Source: Candidatus Multivoradales bacterium (GTDB lineage Bacteria; Acidobacteriota; Thermoanaerobaculia; Multivoradales; JAHEKO01). From it: DNA of 64,000 nucleotides. The first letter of the stretch is position 1. Every line of letters begins with the position of its first letter. Under the pieces are notes generated by a model. The model saw nothing but the letters and a program-made list of their open reading frames with translations, was not told the DNA's origin and did no database searches. Position numbers and translations under genes: made by a program. Location of the stretch: positions 896,001-960,000 of the forward strand of contig CBDCVR010000014.1 of assembly GCA_965223155.1 (NCBI GenBank). Reading direction: 5' to 3'. This document shows positions 28,553 to 39,142 of the stretch, one piece after another.

Positions 28553-29824
28553 ATGGATCGTTCCGTACCCGACAGCCTCCGGTCCACGCTCGATCGCATC
28601 GAAACGTTCGTCGAAGACGAGCTCGTGCCGCTCGAACCGCGGTTCGTGAGCGAACCATTCCGGAGCCTGCTGCCCGATCTGGAACGATTGCGGGACCGCG
28701 TTCGGGAGCTGGGCCTTTGGGCGCCAAATCATCCCGCCGAGTACGGCGGAATGGGTTTGGGACTGGTCGATTTCGGATTCCTGTCCGAGGTGCTCGGCAC
28801 TTCGCCCCTGGGCCACTTCGTCTTTGGATGCCAGGCTCCGGACGCCGGCAACATCGAGATTCTCGACAGCCACGGCACGGCCGACCAGAAGGATCGTTGG
28901 CTCGGGCCCCTCGTGCGAGGCACAGTCCGAAGCTGTTTTTCGATGACCGAGGTGGACCGGCCCGGATCGAATCCGGTACTCCTCGACACCACGGCCGAGC
29001 GGGACGGCGACGACTACGTCATCAACGGCCGCAAGTGGTATGCGACGGGCGCCGATGGCGCGGCTCTGGCCGTGGTCATGGCGATCACCAATCCCGACGA
29101 GGCCGCTCACAAGCGAGCGTCCATGATCCTGGTCCCAACGGACACCCCCGGATTCGAGATCGTCCGCAACCTAGCGGTCATGGGCGAGTCGGGCGAGGAC
29201 TGGCTGAGTCACGGCGAGGTCGTCTACGACGGCTGCCGGGTACCCAGGGCCAACCGGCTCGGTCCCGAGGGATCCGGGTTCCAAATCGCCCAGGAACGGC
29301 TCGGACCGGGGCGGATCCACCACTGCATGCGCTGGCTGGGAATCTCCCGGCGGGCGCTCGACCTCTTGTGCCGCCGGGCGGTCCGCCGCCCGATGGCCGA
29401 GGCCGAGACCCTCGCTGACAAGGAAATCGTCCAGGCCTGGATCGCCGAGTCGGCCGCCGAAATCGCGGCCGCCCGAGCCCTGACCCTCGAAACCGCCAGC
29501 AAGATCGAAGACGACGGGTGGCGGGCGGCCCGGGCCGAGATCTCGATGATCAAGTTCCTGGTCGCCGGCACCATGCTGCGCGTAGTCGACCGGGCGCTTC
29601 AGGTCCACGGCGGCCTGGGCATGACCGATGAGACGCCGCTGGCCTTCTGGTACCGGCACGAGCGCGCGGCCAGGATCTATGACGGCCCCGACGAGACCCA
29701 CAAGCAGGCCTTGGCTCGGGCGCTGCTAAGGCGCTACCGAAACGACGCTACGGCGGGGCACGGAACGCGCGGACTCGGCCGCGCACCGCGTCCTTTCCGG
29801 ACACTCGATCCGCTGAGCGCCTAG
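28553..29824 (+). CDS. Acyl-CoA dehydrogenase (ACAD10/11-like)
   Basis: CQAPDAGNIEIL, FSMTE, INGRKW, AQERLGPGRIHHCMR, RIYDGPDETHK. Confidence 0.94.
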   Translation: MDRSVPDSLRSTLDRIETFVEDELVPLEPRFVSEPFRSLLPDLERLRDRVRELGLWAPNHPAEYGGMGLGLVDFGFLSEVLGTSPLGHFVFGCQAPDAGNIEILDSHGTADQKDRWLGPLVRGTVRSCFSMTEVDRPGSNPVLLDTTAERDGDDYVINGRKWYATGADGAALAVVMAITNPDEAAHKRASMILVPTDTPGFEIVRNLAVMGESGEDWLSHGEVVYDGCRVPRANRLGPEGSGFQIAQERLGPGRIHHCMRWLGISRRALDLLCRRAVRRPMAEAETLADKEIVQAWIAESAAEIAAARALTLETASKIEDDGWRAARAEISMIKFLVAGTMLRVVDRALQVHGGLGMTDETPLAFWYRHERAARIYDGPDETHKQALARALLRRYRNDATAGHGTRGLGRAPRPFRTLDPLSA

Positions 29825-29837
29825 CTCGCGGCGGCGC

Positions 29838-30377
29838 TCAGGCCGCCGGCTCTTCGTCGTCCGAACCGGAAAACGGCCCGCGCGGCATGCACACCACGAT
29901 GTTGTCGCGCAGGAAGATTCCCATGAAGCCGCTACGGAGCTTCTCGGCGGCTCCGAGCGCGCAATCGATCTCGGTGCTCTGATCGTCGGTCAGAGTGAGG
30001 ACGAGCTTGCGGGGCGACTTCTTCGACCAGGCGATGCCCCAAGTCGGTGGATCGAAGGTGATCTCTTCGACCTCGGCCTTCTTGCCAGGATCCACCGCGT
30101 CCACTCGGTACGAGTCGTCGACCATGAGCTGGCGCTCCTCGGCGTAGTCGAAGGAGACCCAAGCCAGCGCCGCGGCCATCCACTCTTCCTCGGTCATCCG
30201 GTCGAGCTCGGCCTGGAACTCCTTGAGCTCCTCCTTGGCCAGGTCAATGTCAGTCTGCCAGAGGAAGCCGTCCCGGCCCATGGTGGTCTTGCCGGCCCCG
30301 GGATTCCCCTGGGCGAGCGCAGGACCAGCGATCAAGGCGCCCAGCGCGAGTGTCAGTAGCGTGTTGCGTGCTTTCAT
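29838..30377 (-). CDS. Hypothetical secreted protein
   Basis: AAGGAGAGG RBS; signal peptide ending ALA-Q; strong GC3 bias. Confidence 0.7.
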   Translation of the reverse strand: MKARNTLLTLALGALIAGPALAQGNPGAGKTTMGRDGFLWQTDIDLAKEELKEFQAELDRMTEEEWMAAALAWVSFDYAEERQLMVDDSYRVDAVDPGKKAEVEEITFDPPTWGIAWSKKSPRKLVLTLTDDQSTEIDCALGAAEKLRSGFMGIFLRDNIVVCMPRGPFSGSDDEEPAA

Positions 30378-30556
30378 GATCCTCTCCTTCGAAAATTGTC
30401 GTCACAAAGCCGACTCGGGAACCCTAACTCCTGGTTCAGGGTCTTGCAAGAGTCGGACCGGGCGCACACGCCGGCAGCCGCCACTAGAGCCCGCACCGCT
30501 GCCTTCGGTCACGCCGCTTTCGACCCGGCAGGGGACGCCGCCGCCGGTCGCGGCCC

Positions 30557-31597
30557 TTAGCCGGACTCGTCCACCAGCCGGACGATCTGCTTGCCCACGT
30601 TCTCGCCCGCGAACATGCCCAGAAAGGCTCGCGGCGCGCTCCGGAGCCCCTCGGCCACGGTCTCCCGGTAGCGCAGACGTCCCTCGGCCAGCCAGCCGCT
30701 CCCCACCGAGAGCCACTCCGCGCAAAGCTCGGGGTAGTCGGAGACGATAAACCCCTGCATGCGCAGGCTCCGGCCGATCATGACGAACAAGCCGCGCGGG
30801 CCGGGTGGCAGATCCTTCGGCTCGGCGTTGTAGTCCGCGATCATTCCGCACAGGACGATCCGGCCGCGCGGCCGCATGTTCAGGATGGCGGCTTCGAACA
30901 TCGGACCGCCCACGTTTTCGAAGTGGACGTCGATGCCTTCCGGGCAGAGCTCGCGAAGCGCCCGCACCGGATCCTCAAGAGTCTTGTAGTTGACCGCGGC
31001 GTCGAAGCCCAGCTCACCCGTCAGGAAGTCGACCTTCTCATCGCTTCCGGCCGAGCCGGCCACTCGGCACCCGAGGTTCTTGGCGATCTGGCCGGCCACC
31101 GAGCCGACCGCGCCAGAGGCCGCGGTCACGAACACCCGCTCGCCTTCCTGGAGCTCGCCGATGCCCCGGAGTCCGACCCAGGCGGTCATGCCGGGCATGC
31201 CCAGAATGCCCAGGTGGTAGGACAGTGGCACCGGACCTCGACCGATCTTGCGCAAGCCGCGCCCATCCGACGCCGAATAGAGCTCCCAGCGCAGCATGCC
31301 GACCACGAGATCGCCCTCGGCAAAGCCCGGATTGCGGCTGGCGACCACTTCCGCCACGACCCCGCCTTCGAGCGGCTCCCCCAGGACGAACGGCTCGATG
31401 TAGGACTGGACGTCATTCATCCTGCCGCGCATGTACGGATCGACCGACAGGTAGAGGTTGCGGGTCAGGATCTCGCCCTCGCCCGGCTCGGCGACCGGTT
31501 GTTCGTCGAAGGCGAAATGCTCCTCGGCAGGACGGCCGACGGGGCGGCTCGCCAAGAGGATCCTCTGATTCATGCGATCTCGCTGAGCTGGCGGCAT
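30557..31597 (-). CDS. NADP-dependent oxidoreductase (CurA/PTGR-like MDR)
   Basis: LASRPVG, YLSVDPYMRGRM, LGMPGMTAW, AASGAVGSVAGQIAK, FENVGG, GENVGKQIV. Confidence 0.94.
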   Translation of the reverse strand: MPPAQRDRMNQRILLASRPVGRPAEEHFAFDEQPVAEPGEGEILTRNLYLSVDPYMRGRMNDVQSYIEPFVLGEPLEGGVVAEVVASRNPGFAEGDLVVGMLRWELYSASDGRGLRKIGRGPVPLSYHLGILGMPGMTAWVGLRGIGELQEGERVFVTAASGAVGSVAGQIAKNLGCRVAGSAGSDEKVDFLTGELGFDAAVNYKTLEDPVRALRELCPEGIDVHFENVGGPMFEAAILNMRPRGRIVLCGMIADYNAEPKDLPPGPRGLFVMIGRSLRMQGFIVSDYPELCAEWLSVGSGWLAEGRLRYRETVAEGLRSAPRAFLGMFAGENVGKQIVRLVDESG

Positions 31598-32220
31598 CAG
31601 CCGGACTCCGGATCGAGGACGGCGTTGAGCGCCATCGCCGTCACTTGCTCGACCACCTCTTCGCTCGACAGCCGGCCCTCCTCCCGGTACCACTTGGTGA
31701 GCCAGAGGATCATCCCCAGGATGCTGAACGCGGCCACCGTGGTGTCTACGTCCCGGAGGCGTCCCTGAGCCTTCAGCGCTTCCAGCAACCGCTCCAGCTT
31801 GCGGTAGTACTCGCGCTTTCGATCGTCGATGTCGGCGCGAGCGGCCGGATCCAGGACCTTCGTCTCATCGATCACCAGGATGCTGAGCGCGCCGTCGGCT
31901 TCCTCGCAGATGAGTCGCGCGTGCCCCCGCACCAGCCAGCGCAGGCCCTCTCCAGGATCGTCCGTATCGCGGGCCGCCGCGGTCGCCCGCTCGAGCTCAT
32001 CCATGGCGTAGCTCATGATCGCGAACATGAGGTCGTGCTTGCTGGCGAAGTGGTAGTAGAGGCCGGGCTTGGTCACCTTCGCCCGCTCGGCGATTACGTT
32101 CATCGAGGTTCCGTCGTAGCCCAGCTCCAGAAAGACGTGCGCCGCCGTGCGCAAGATCTGCACCTTGCGCTCGTCGCCGCGAGCCGGTCTTCGCGGCAGC
32201 TCCAGGATCGCCTTGTTCAC
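31597..32220 (-). CDS. TetR/AcrR family regulator
   Basis: ILRTAAHVFLELGYDGTSMNVIAERAKVTKPGLYYHFASK; C-terminal ILGMILWLTKWYREEGRLS. Start approximate. Confidence 0.92.
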   Translation of the reverse strand: MNKAILELPRRPARGDERKVQILRTAAHVFLELGYDGTSMNVIAERAKVTKPGLYYHFASKHDLMFAIMSYAMDELERATAAARDTDDPGEGLRWLVRGHARLICEEADGALSILVIDETKVLDPAARADIDDRKREYYRKLERLLEALKAQGRLRDVDTTVAAFSILGMILWLTKWYREEGRLSSEEVVEQVTAMALNAVLDPESG

Positions 32221-32272
32221 TCGCCCCACAATACCCGATCGAGGCTCGCCTAGCCTCCCAAGGGCAGCGCCA

Positions 32273-33025
32273 TCAGCCGCCTTGGGTGCCGTTTCCCGGC
32301 TGGGCACCGGGCTGGGCATGGAAGCCGTCCGCTTCGAAGACCGGCCGCACCTCGCCGGTAACGCCCGGGAACACGGCCTTGAACGGAGTAGATTCTCCGG
32401 GCCGCAGCACCCGATTCCCAACCAGGGCCGACTTCGTGGCGAGCTCGGCGCCGCCATCATCGAAGACGGTCACCGCCACCGTCACACCCACCGAGACCAG
32501 CTCGCCGTCGTTGCGAAGCGTTCCGGTGACCGCCACCCCGGACACGGACGGGTCGAAAGCCTGGTTCCAACCGATCACTTCAAGAGGACCGGACTCGGAC
32601 CGCCGGTTTCCGTTCGACTCGGAAGCCTCCAGCCCCCCGGCGTTTCCGTTCCGGTCCGCGGCGGCGCCACCCCGGTGCTCTCCCGGGTTCACGTGGCCGA
32701 CGTCGGCATCAGTCAGGATGAAGGTCGCCTTGCGCCGCGGGGTCTCGACGGAGCCCCCGCCCGAATCCTCCGTCGTCTCGTCCCCGGAGGACTCCGCCTC
32801 GGCCTCGGTCTCGGCCCGCTGGGCGGTCTCCGTCAACTCGCGGCTGGCTTCCAGATCGACTTCATCGAGGCGAACGGCCGCCAGGGTCCCACCGGGAGTC
32901 GTGAACACGACCAGGGCGCCCTCGACCCGCCATGCGCCGTCGGTCTGGATACCGTGCCCGCCCCGAATCACCAGCCAATCGGCCCCGGCCGCCGCCGCGC
33001 CGAGCGCCGCTACGACCACCGCCAT
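32273..33025 (-). CDS. Secreted protein with C-terminal FxLYD-like domain
   Basis: Signal peptide; VTGTLRNDG..VAVTVFDDGGAEL..LRPGESTPF; last gene of the pilin operon. Confidence 0.65.
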   Translation of the reverse strand: MAVVVAALGAAAAGADWLVIRGGHGIQTDGAWRVEGALVVFTTPGGTLAAVRLDEVDLEASRELTETAQRAETEAEAESSGDETTEDSGGGSVETPRRKATFILTDADVGHVNPGEHRGGAAADRNGNAGGLEASESNGNRRSESGPLEVIGWNQAFDPSVSGVAVTGTLRNDGELVSVGVTVAVTVFDDGGAELATKSALVGNRVLRPGESTPFKAVFPGVTGEVRPVFEADGFHAQPGAQPGNGTQGG

Positions 33026-33045
33026 CACCACCGATCGAGTACGGC

Positions 33046-36000
33046 CTAGAACTCCTTCCAGTTGCGATCGATAACACATACGGGCACCGGGACGATGCAC
33101 TGTACACCGTTCTCCGATTGAAGTGTCATCACGTTCAAGCTGTACTGAGCGAAGTCACACTCTGCTGGCATGTCGGCCATGAGTGAATTGCGCAGGGCCT
33201 GGAGTTCGTCGTCTGAGCAGGCGGTTTGGTCTTCGGGCGGCTGCGACGGATCCGTGGGCTTGCCCTTGGCGGCTCCGGCTGACTCGACAAAAGGTTGGGT
33301 CACGAAATCGGAGACCTGACGGAACCTGGCACCGTTCGAGCTGAGTCCGCCACCGTTGTCGGCAAACACCGAATACAGACGGCTGTCGCCCGACGAGCTG
33401 CACACCGCCGTGCCGCTCCCCGTCGTCGTCACCGGCAGGTAGGTCGAGAAGAACACCACACCGGAAAGTCCGAAGGACTTGGCCGCGACCCGCTCCTTGA
33501 GGTCCAGCTCGAGGACCCAGCCGGCCCGGAAACCCCGGGTCGTGTCCGGGTTCTCGATCAGATCCCGGTTGGGATCCACGTTGCGGTTCCGGCCGGCGTC
33601 GAACGATTCGAAGTCGCTCTCGTCCAGGGGCAGAGCCGCCACGTTGCCGACCTCACCGAAGCCGTCGTCGAGGATCATGTAGAAGCGTCCGCCCAGGAGA
33701 TCGTCGGACCAGAGGTCCTCGCGGTCGCCGGTACCAAAGGCCACCGCGTAGCGGGCCTGCTCCGGCACGAAGATCACCGAGGGAGGGAAGTAGATCGGCC
33801 GGCCACCGGTTCGGAAGATCGGAAAGGGATCCCAGGCAGCGTCCACGATGCGATCGACCCGGCGCGTCAGAGGCGGACTGCCGGTCGAGGGGTCGACCTC
33901 CGAATAGTCCCGGATCGGAACGTTGGCAACGATCTCTACCGGCTCACTGATGTCCACCTTGTATAGATAGCCAGCGGTGTTGCCGATGTAGATCGTGTCG
34001 AGATAGCTGTCCTGGTCGGTGTCGACCGCAGCCGGTTGGCTCGGAGCCGAGGCCGGCACCCGGGTACCGCTCGCATCAATCGCATCCAGGCTGCGCTTGT
34101 AGAGAAGCTGCCCGGTTTCGATGTCGACCATGAAGAGATAGTTGCCCTCGACCTCCGTGCCCACCGGGTTCTGCTTGAACTCGGGGTCCATGCCGCCGCC
34201 GAAGATCGCAACGTACCGGTCCTCGGTGACTACTTCACCGTTGACCACCCCGGTCTTGATTCGGACCCGGCCGGTGTTGGCCTGCGACCAGGTGAAGGCC
34301 AGGTCCGCCGCTCCATGGCCGGGAGTGCCCGGCGGGTCCTCGTCCCAGGTGTGGGTCCATTCCCACTTGATCTCCGGATACCGGCCACGACAGTTGGTCT
34401 CGGGATTGCCACCCGGTGCCGTCGCGTTGGTGCCGGAGCAACCCGGATAGAGGAGCGACGGATTGCTGGGCACCCCCTGATTGGGATCGATCGGATCCGG
34501 CCGGGTGACGTCCAGCGCGTAGTAGGCCTTGCCGCCCTCACGCAGCCCGCCCACGGCCACGGTGCGCCACTCCCGGTCCGCGGGATCCAGAGGATCGTTG
34601 GTGGTGAAGCTCGGATCGATGAGCACGTCATCCACCGTGACCGGACCGTCCACCGTGAACTGATGGCCGCTGCCCGCCGCCATCTCGCGAATCTTGGGCA
34701 TCACGCTACGCGGAACGTAGGCGAAGAGCTCGCGCCCGGAACCGACCGAGTACTCGACAATGCCGTCCGTGTTGCGACTCGCGGCACCTGCGTCGAAAGC
34801 GTGCAGAGCGCCCTCGTTGCTGCCCACCAGGACCACCCGTCGGCGCGACAACTGGTCGCGCACGAAGCACGGGTAGCGGGACGGATCGTCGTTCGATGCG
34901 CCGCAGGGCTCGGTCTGTCCCTCGAGGTCCTTGGCGAAGTAATCGAAGCGCCGGGGCTCGGCGATCACAGTGGGATCCGAGTGGAAGATGTCCGCCATCA
35001 CGTAGTCGACGGTCTCCTGAGCTCGGGTGATCGGATTCAGGATATCGGCCTGCTTTTCCTGCAAGAAGTACTTGACGATCTCCTCGCCATCCGCCTGGAA
35101 GTTCGGATCGCCCAGAGTCAGGCCGAAGCCCTGCGGACCGTACAGCTCGTCCTGGACCTGGCCGGGGCTCTTGGTCCGGAAGATCCTTCGGGTCTCGACC
35201 GCTCGGCCCGCGACCGGCTCGCCGTAGAAGACCCGCCGCAGACCGTTGCCGTTACCCAGCTTGAACGTGCCGGCGTCGAGCTCGGCCCGGGTCGGCGCCT
35301 GGACCAGCAGCTCCTTGGCGCCGTCCCAGGCCAGACAGTTGTCGGGATCGGCGCCCAGGCACGTCTTGCGGCGGTCGGCGACCACCTGGCCGCCAACGTC
35401 GACCAGGGGCACCGGCTTGATGTAGCCGTCCAGGCGACCGGGCCAGAGCGAAGTACCGTCCGCCGTCGGACTGAACTGGGTGAGATAGACGTTTTCCGCC
35501 GCCGAGCCGACCACCGAAGGCACCGCCGCGGTGGCGAACGTCCTGGATCGTTCCTGGACGTCGTCGATGATGGCGTTGAAGGCATCGATCAGGTCTTGCT
35601 GGTTGGTCGCCGTGTACGAGTAGACGCCGTCCGGAACGTCATCGCCATCAAGGTCGCGCTCGGGCGAGCCGCCCTCGCGGGCGATGTCCTCGAGCGCAGG
35701 GTTGTTGACCGCGAAGCCGATCACATAGACCGTGATTCCGGCCCGCGCCAGAGTCTGGGCCGCGGCGACCGGATCGGTATTGTTGCAGGTGTCGAAACCG
35801 TCGGTCATGAGCACGACGCTGACCTCGCGGCATCCGGAAGCCAGGGCGGGATCTTGAGCCTCGGCCAGCGGCCGCCAGGCATCGTGCCAGGCCTTGAAAT
35901 CGATCAGCGCCTCGCCCAGGGGCGTGGCGCCCCGAGCCAGGAACGGACGTGCGGCCGAGTCGCGCAGGCGGAAGTACGAGCCATTGGGAGGATCGGAACA

Positions 36001-36627
36001 GCCTCGGCACGCGGGATCCTCGAAGTAGCGGGCGATGCCGTAGTCTGGAACGGTCTCGCCGAGCGCCAAGTTGGGGGCGAGCCGGTCGCGGATCCGATCC
36101 AGGTTGTCCTCGGCCCAGTCGAGCGGAATCAGATCGCCGGTCGAGAGGCCGGAGGTCGTGGCGCCGGTCGGCCACTTGAAGGTGTAGTTGTCGTAGAGAT
36201 CAGAGCTCGAGTCGCTATTGAGCTCGATACCCTCGCACCACCGGCTCTCGGACTCGAGGTCTTCCGAGACGTAGAAGCCACCGGTGGTGGCCGCGATCCG
36301 GCGAACCCGCAGCCCGGTGTGGTTGGGAAACGTGGCAAAGCCGAAGTGGACGCCGCCGGTTCCCTGGAGCACACCGTCGAGCGCCTGCTTGGCGAGAAAG
36401 AGGCGCGACGACGGATCGTCGTCGATGCGGGCTGGCGTGGTCTCCGCCGTCAGAATCCATTCCATCGATCCAGTGGCGTCGAACAGGATGAAGAGATACG
36501 GCGAATCGGCCGCCGAGCGAAACAGATCGCGATCGTCGGCAGCTGCCGGCACCGGCAGAGCCAGGATCGCGCTCAGCGCCACAATCGCGGTGGTCAGAGC
36601 TGGAACATTAGATAGACGACGCTTCAT
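33046..36627 (-). CDS. pilY1: PilC/PilY1 type IV pilus tip adhesin with vWA domain
   Basis: vWA (ILFDATGSM, ATPLGEAL, VLMTDG); PilY1 propeller motifs MADIFHSDP, GSNEGALHAFDA, ELFAYVP, VDGP, GGLREGG..YYALDVT, DTDQDSYLD. Confidence 0.88.
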   Translation of the reverse strand: MKRRLSNVPALTTAIVALSAILALPVPAAADDRDLFRSAADSPYLFILFDATGSMEWILTAETTPARIDDDPSSRLFLAKQALDGVLQGTGGVHFGFATFPNHTGLRVRRIAATTGGFYVSEDLESESRWCEGIELNSDSSSDLYDNYTFKWPTGATTSGLSTGDLIPLDWAEDNLDRIRDRLAPNLALGETVPDYGIARYFEDPACRGCSDPPNGSYFRLRDSAARPFLARGATPLGEALIDFKAWHDAWRPLAEAQDPALASGCREVSVVLMTDGFDTCNNTDPVAAAQTLARAGITVYVIGFAVNNPALEDIAREGGSPERDLDGDDVPDGVYSYTATNQQDLIDAFNAIIDDVQERSRTFATAAVPSVVGSAAENVYLTQFSPTADGTSLWPGRLDGYIKPVPLVDVGGQVVADRRKTCLGADPDNCLAWDGAKELLVQAPTRAELDAGTFKLGNGNGLRRVFYGEPVAGRAVETRRIFRTKSPGQVQDELYGPQGFGLTLGDPNFQADGEEIVKYFLQEKQADILNPITRAQETVDYVMADIFHSDPTVIAEPRRFDYFAKDLEGQTEPCGASNDDPSRYPCFVRDQLSRRRVVLVGSNEGALHAFDAGAASRNTDGIVEYSVGSGRELFAYVPRSVMPKIREMAAGSGHQFTVDGPVTVDDVLIDPSFTTNDPLDPADREWRTVAVGGLREGGKAYYALDVTRPDPIDPNQGVPSNPSLLYPGCSGTNATAPGGNPETNCRGRYPEIKWEWTHTWDEDPPGTPGHGAADLAFTWSQANTGRVRIKTGVVNGEVVTEDRYVAIFGGGMDPEFKQNPVGTEVEGNYLFMVDIETGQLLYKRSLDAIDASGTRVPASAPSQPAAVDTDQDSYLDTIYIGNTAGYLYKVDISEPVEIVANVPIRDYSEVDPSTGSPPLTRRVDRIVDAAWDPFPIFRTGGRPIYFPPSVIFVPEQARYAVAFGTGDREDLWSDDLLGGRFYMILDDGFGEVGNVAALPLDESDFESFDAGRNRNVDPNRDLIENPDTTRGFRAGWVLELDLKERVAAKSFGLSGVVFFSTYLPVTTTGSGTAVCSSSGDSRLYSVFADNGGGLSSNGARFRQVSDFVTQPFVESAGAAKGKPTDPSQPPEDQTACSDDELQALRNSLMADMPAECDFAQYSLNVMTLQSENGVQCIVPVPVCVIDRNWKEF

Positions 36628-36673
36628 GGTCTCTTTCCTCGTAGTCTCGACGCGCAGTTCGCCCTCGAGACGA

Positions 36674-37270
36674 TCAATACCGAACCTTGAACTCATCGGG
36701 AACGGGCTGGAAAATCTCCTCGCGAAAGACCGCGTCCCACGGCTGGAGCTCGACCATCAAACTGACCGAGCGGCGGGATACGACCTGAGCGTTGGCCGGC
36801 GGCGGCCCGGCGCCCGTCCAACCGACCCGCTCCGAGGTCGCGGACACCGCGTGATTCACCATCTGCTTGCGTTGCGGGCCCTGATTGATCTCGCAGTACG
36901 CACACGGCCCGGCCTGGATCGCCATGAACGGAGACACGTTGACCCGGTTCGCGAGGTGGTAGTCCTGCTCCCGATTCTCCTGATTCATGCGAAAGGTGAA
37001 CCGCTCCTGGCCGCTCCGCGTGAGCGCCCGAGCGGTGCCGATGGCGACGCCGGAATCGGCCGAATAGAAGGTCTGCTCGATCGCCTGCTCGGCCTTCGAG
37101 ATCTGAAGCTCGGTCTGCGTCACCACCGACAGCGACAGCCCCAGAACCATGATGATGACGAGGGCCATGAGCGAGATGAGATAGGCGCTGCCCTCCTGCC
37201 GCCGCAGGCGGACCCGCCGGGGCGCACCGCGCGCTGGGATCGTCGAATCGGAAGTGAACGTCTTGGTCAT
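36674..37270 (-). CDS. pilX: PilX-like minor pilin
   Basis: RQEG|SAYLISLMALVIIMVLG (no Glu5) ... TFYSADSG. Confidence 0.8.
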   Translation of the reverse strand: MTKTFTSDSTIPARGAPRRVRLRRQEGSAYLISLMALVIIMVLGLSLSVVTQTELQISKAEQAIEQTFYSADSGVAIGTARALTRSGQERFTFRMNQENREQDYHLANRVNVSPFMAIQAGPCAYCEINQGPQRKQMVNHAVSATSERVGWTGAGPPPANAQVVSRRSVSLMVELQPWDAVFREEIFQPVPDEFKVRY

Positions 37271-37272
37271 GA

Positions 37273-38544
37273 TCAGAGGTTCCTGAAGTCGATGACCGAC
37301 CGAATCTGGCGCCGCCGGAAACGGCGGTCGCGCACGTCGCGGGCTGGGGGTGTCGCGGGTTCGTTCCAGAGGTGGTCCTCGATACGGTCGATCGGCGGCG
37401 CGATGAACTTGACGTCGGTCCGATCGGTTCGCACCAGAGCCGTCAGCCGGAGCAGCTCCAGGCGTCCTCCCGAGTTCCATACCCAACCGCGCGGATCGTT
37501 GGGGTCGTCGAGCACGTCATTTTCGTCGTTGAAGAGCCACTCATCCGAGGCCAGCTGGGAGGCGTCTGTTCCTTCTTCTAACTGACCGTCACGGTCCAGA
37601 TCGATGCCGAGAGCGATCTGCAGATCCAGGACATTGTCGGCAATGTCCTCTTGGGCGTACCGGTTCGAGGGGTGTACGACCTGGGTTCCCGGATAGAAGC
37701 GGGCGCGACTCAGACGCGGCGTTTGCAGGCTGGCTGGGTTGGAGGGATCGATCGACGACTTGCGCACGTAGTACCGATACTCTTCGAGCACGCCGACGTA
37801 GGCCGCCGAGGTCATCTGAGCCGGAAACGCAGCATCCGGCATCAGCTGCAAGTAGTCACTCTGCCGGGTGCCTCCGGAGCGCGTGAAGCTCAGGGTCACG
37901 CCGCGCACTTCACCGCTCGAGGGATCCCGATCGACGTTGCCACCGGTGAGCTCGACCACGGAATAGAGAGACGAGCCCATCGGACTGACCAGGATCAGCG
38001 CTTCGGGATCGGAGGTCGCGTCGTCCACGGCGTCGGCCAACGGACCGATGTCCTGAACCACCCCCATCGCGCTCAAAGCGCCAACCGTGATCTGGTTGTT
38101 GGCAAAGCCGGTCGTGGAGATCTCGCTTTGGTAGACCGACCCGAAGAGGACACCGCGGACGGTCAGAACGTCGGTACCTTCCACGATCTCGGGCGTCCCG
38201 GCACCACCGATGGCGCTCCCCGCCGGGACATTGTTGGTGACCGCTATCGCCGCTCCCTCGGGCAGCAGGTGCCCGCCGAAGCCCGGGCTCGGCGCCAGCG
38301 AGGCAGGCAAGCCGCCGCGCCCGGCCATGCGCGCGTAGCGCTGCGTGTCGTACAGGGCGATTCGCAGATTCTGCTGCATGTCCGAGACGTCGGTCTGGGT
38401 CTTGGCGATCTTGCCGCTGGCCTGAAACAGGGTCAGGACGCCGGCCATCACCAAAACCGTGATGGTCAGGGACACCAGCATCTCGAGTAGGCTGAATCCC
38501 GCCCCTCGGGGAGATCCGATTTCTTGTCTTCGGGCTCGCTTCAT
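37273..38544 (-). CDS. pilW: PilW-like minor pilin
   Basis: G|FSLLEMLVSL; QQNLRIA...RMAG; IADNVLDLQIALG. Confidence 0.85.
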   Translation of the reverse strand: MKRARRQEIGSPRGAGFSLLEMLVSLTITVLVMAGVLTLFQASGKIAKTQTDVSDMQQNLRIALYDTQRYARMAGRGGLPASLAPSPGFGGHLLPEGAAIAVTNNVPAGSAIGGAGTPEIVEGTDVLTVRGVLFGSVYQSEISTTGFANNQITVGALSAMGVVQDIGPLADAVDDATSDPEALILVSPMGSSLYSVVELTGGNVDRDPSSGEVRGVTLSFTRSGGTRQSDYLQLMPDAAFPAQMTSAAYVGVLEEYRYYVRKSSIDPSNPASLQTPRLSRARFYPGTQVVHPSNRYAQEDIADNVLDLQIALGIDLDRDGQLEEGTDASQLASDEWLFNDENDVLDDPNDPRGWVWNSGGRLELLRLTALVRTDRTDVKFIAPPIDRIEDHLWNEPATPPARDVRDRRFRRRQIRSVIDFRNL

Positions 38545-38546
38545 GG

Positions 38547-39131
38547 CTAGTTCGACTTCACCAGGTTGATCGTCACCTTCCTGGGCCTGCCCATGGAGGC
38601 GATGTTGGAGCGCTTCTCGACTTCGATCAGGACCTGCTTCAGATGAACGTTCGACGAGTCCGCCGAGGCGTCCAGCGCATCCAGGTTCGCGGCGGCAACG
38701 TCGGTCACCAGCTCACCGTCATCGATCGCCGAAATGTGAAACTGGCGCACGGTCACGGTCCGTAACCAGGAGTAGGAGGCGTTCGCCGGCGGATCTGGAG
38801 TCGTGTACGCCTGCCAGGTCTTGGTGCTGTTGTCCAGATATGAAGTGGTCGCTAGCTCGGTGCCGGCTCCCACGGTAAGGCGGGCGTCGTCGAACGGAAT
38901 CTGCACGTACTCTTCCATCGTCGCCCGCGCCAGCGCGTTGGCCGCGGTGACGTCGCGGCTCTGCATGTTGCTGATCGTGGCGCGGCTGAAGATGGGGAGA
39001 ACTCCCAGGATCATGACCAGGAGAAAGGTGCTCGCCACCAGCACCTCGAGCAGCGAGAAGCCGCGGTTCGCGGCTCGGACGGGACGGTCCAGTCGGTCCG
39101 CTTCGAGGTCGGTCGAAGGAATACGGTGCAT
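38547..39131 (-). CDS. pilV: PilV-like minor pilin
   Basis: RG|FSLLEVLVAS...AANALARATMEE. Confidence 0.8.
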   Translation of the reverse strand: MHRIPSTDLEADRLDRPVRAANRGFSLLEVLVASTFLLVMILGVLPIFSRATISNMQSRDVTAANALARATMEEYVQIPFDDARLTVGAGTELATTSYLDNSTKTWQAYTTPDPPANASYSWLRTVTVRQFHISAIDDGELVTDVAAANLDALDASADSSNVHLKQVLIEVEKRSNIASMGRPRKVTINLVKSN

Positions 39132-39142
39132 CACGTCCTCGC

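Noticed and set aside
34036-36615. Long antisense or alternative-frame ORFs (also 47340-49391, 56366-58525, 56662-59196, 12470-14077)
   Set aside because: Shadow ORFs caused by high GC3 in the real genes; no motifs.
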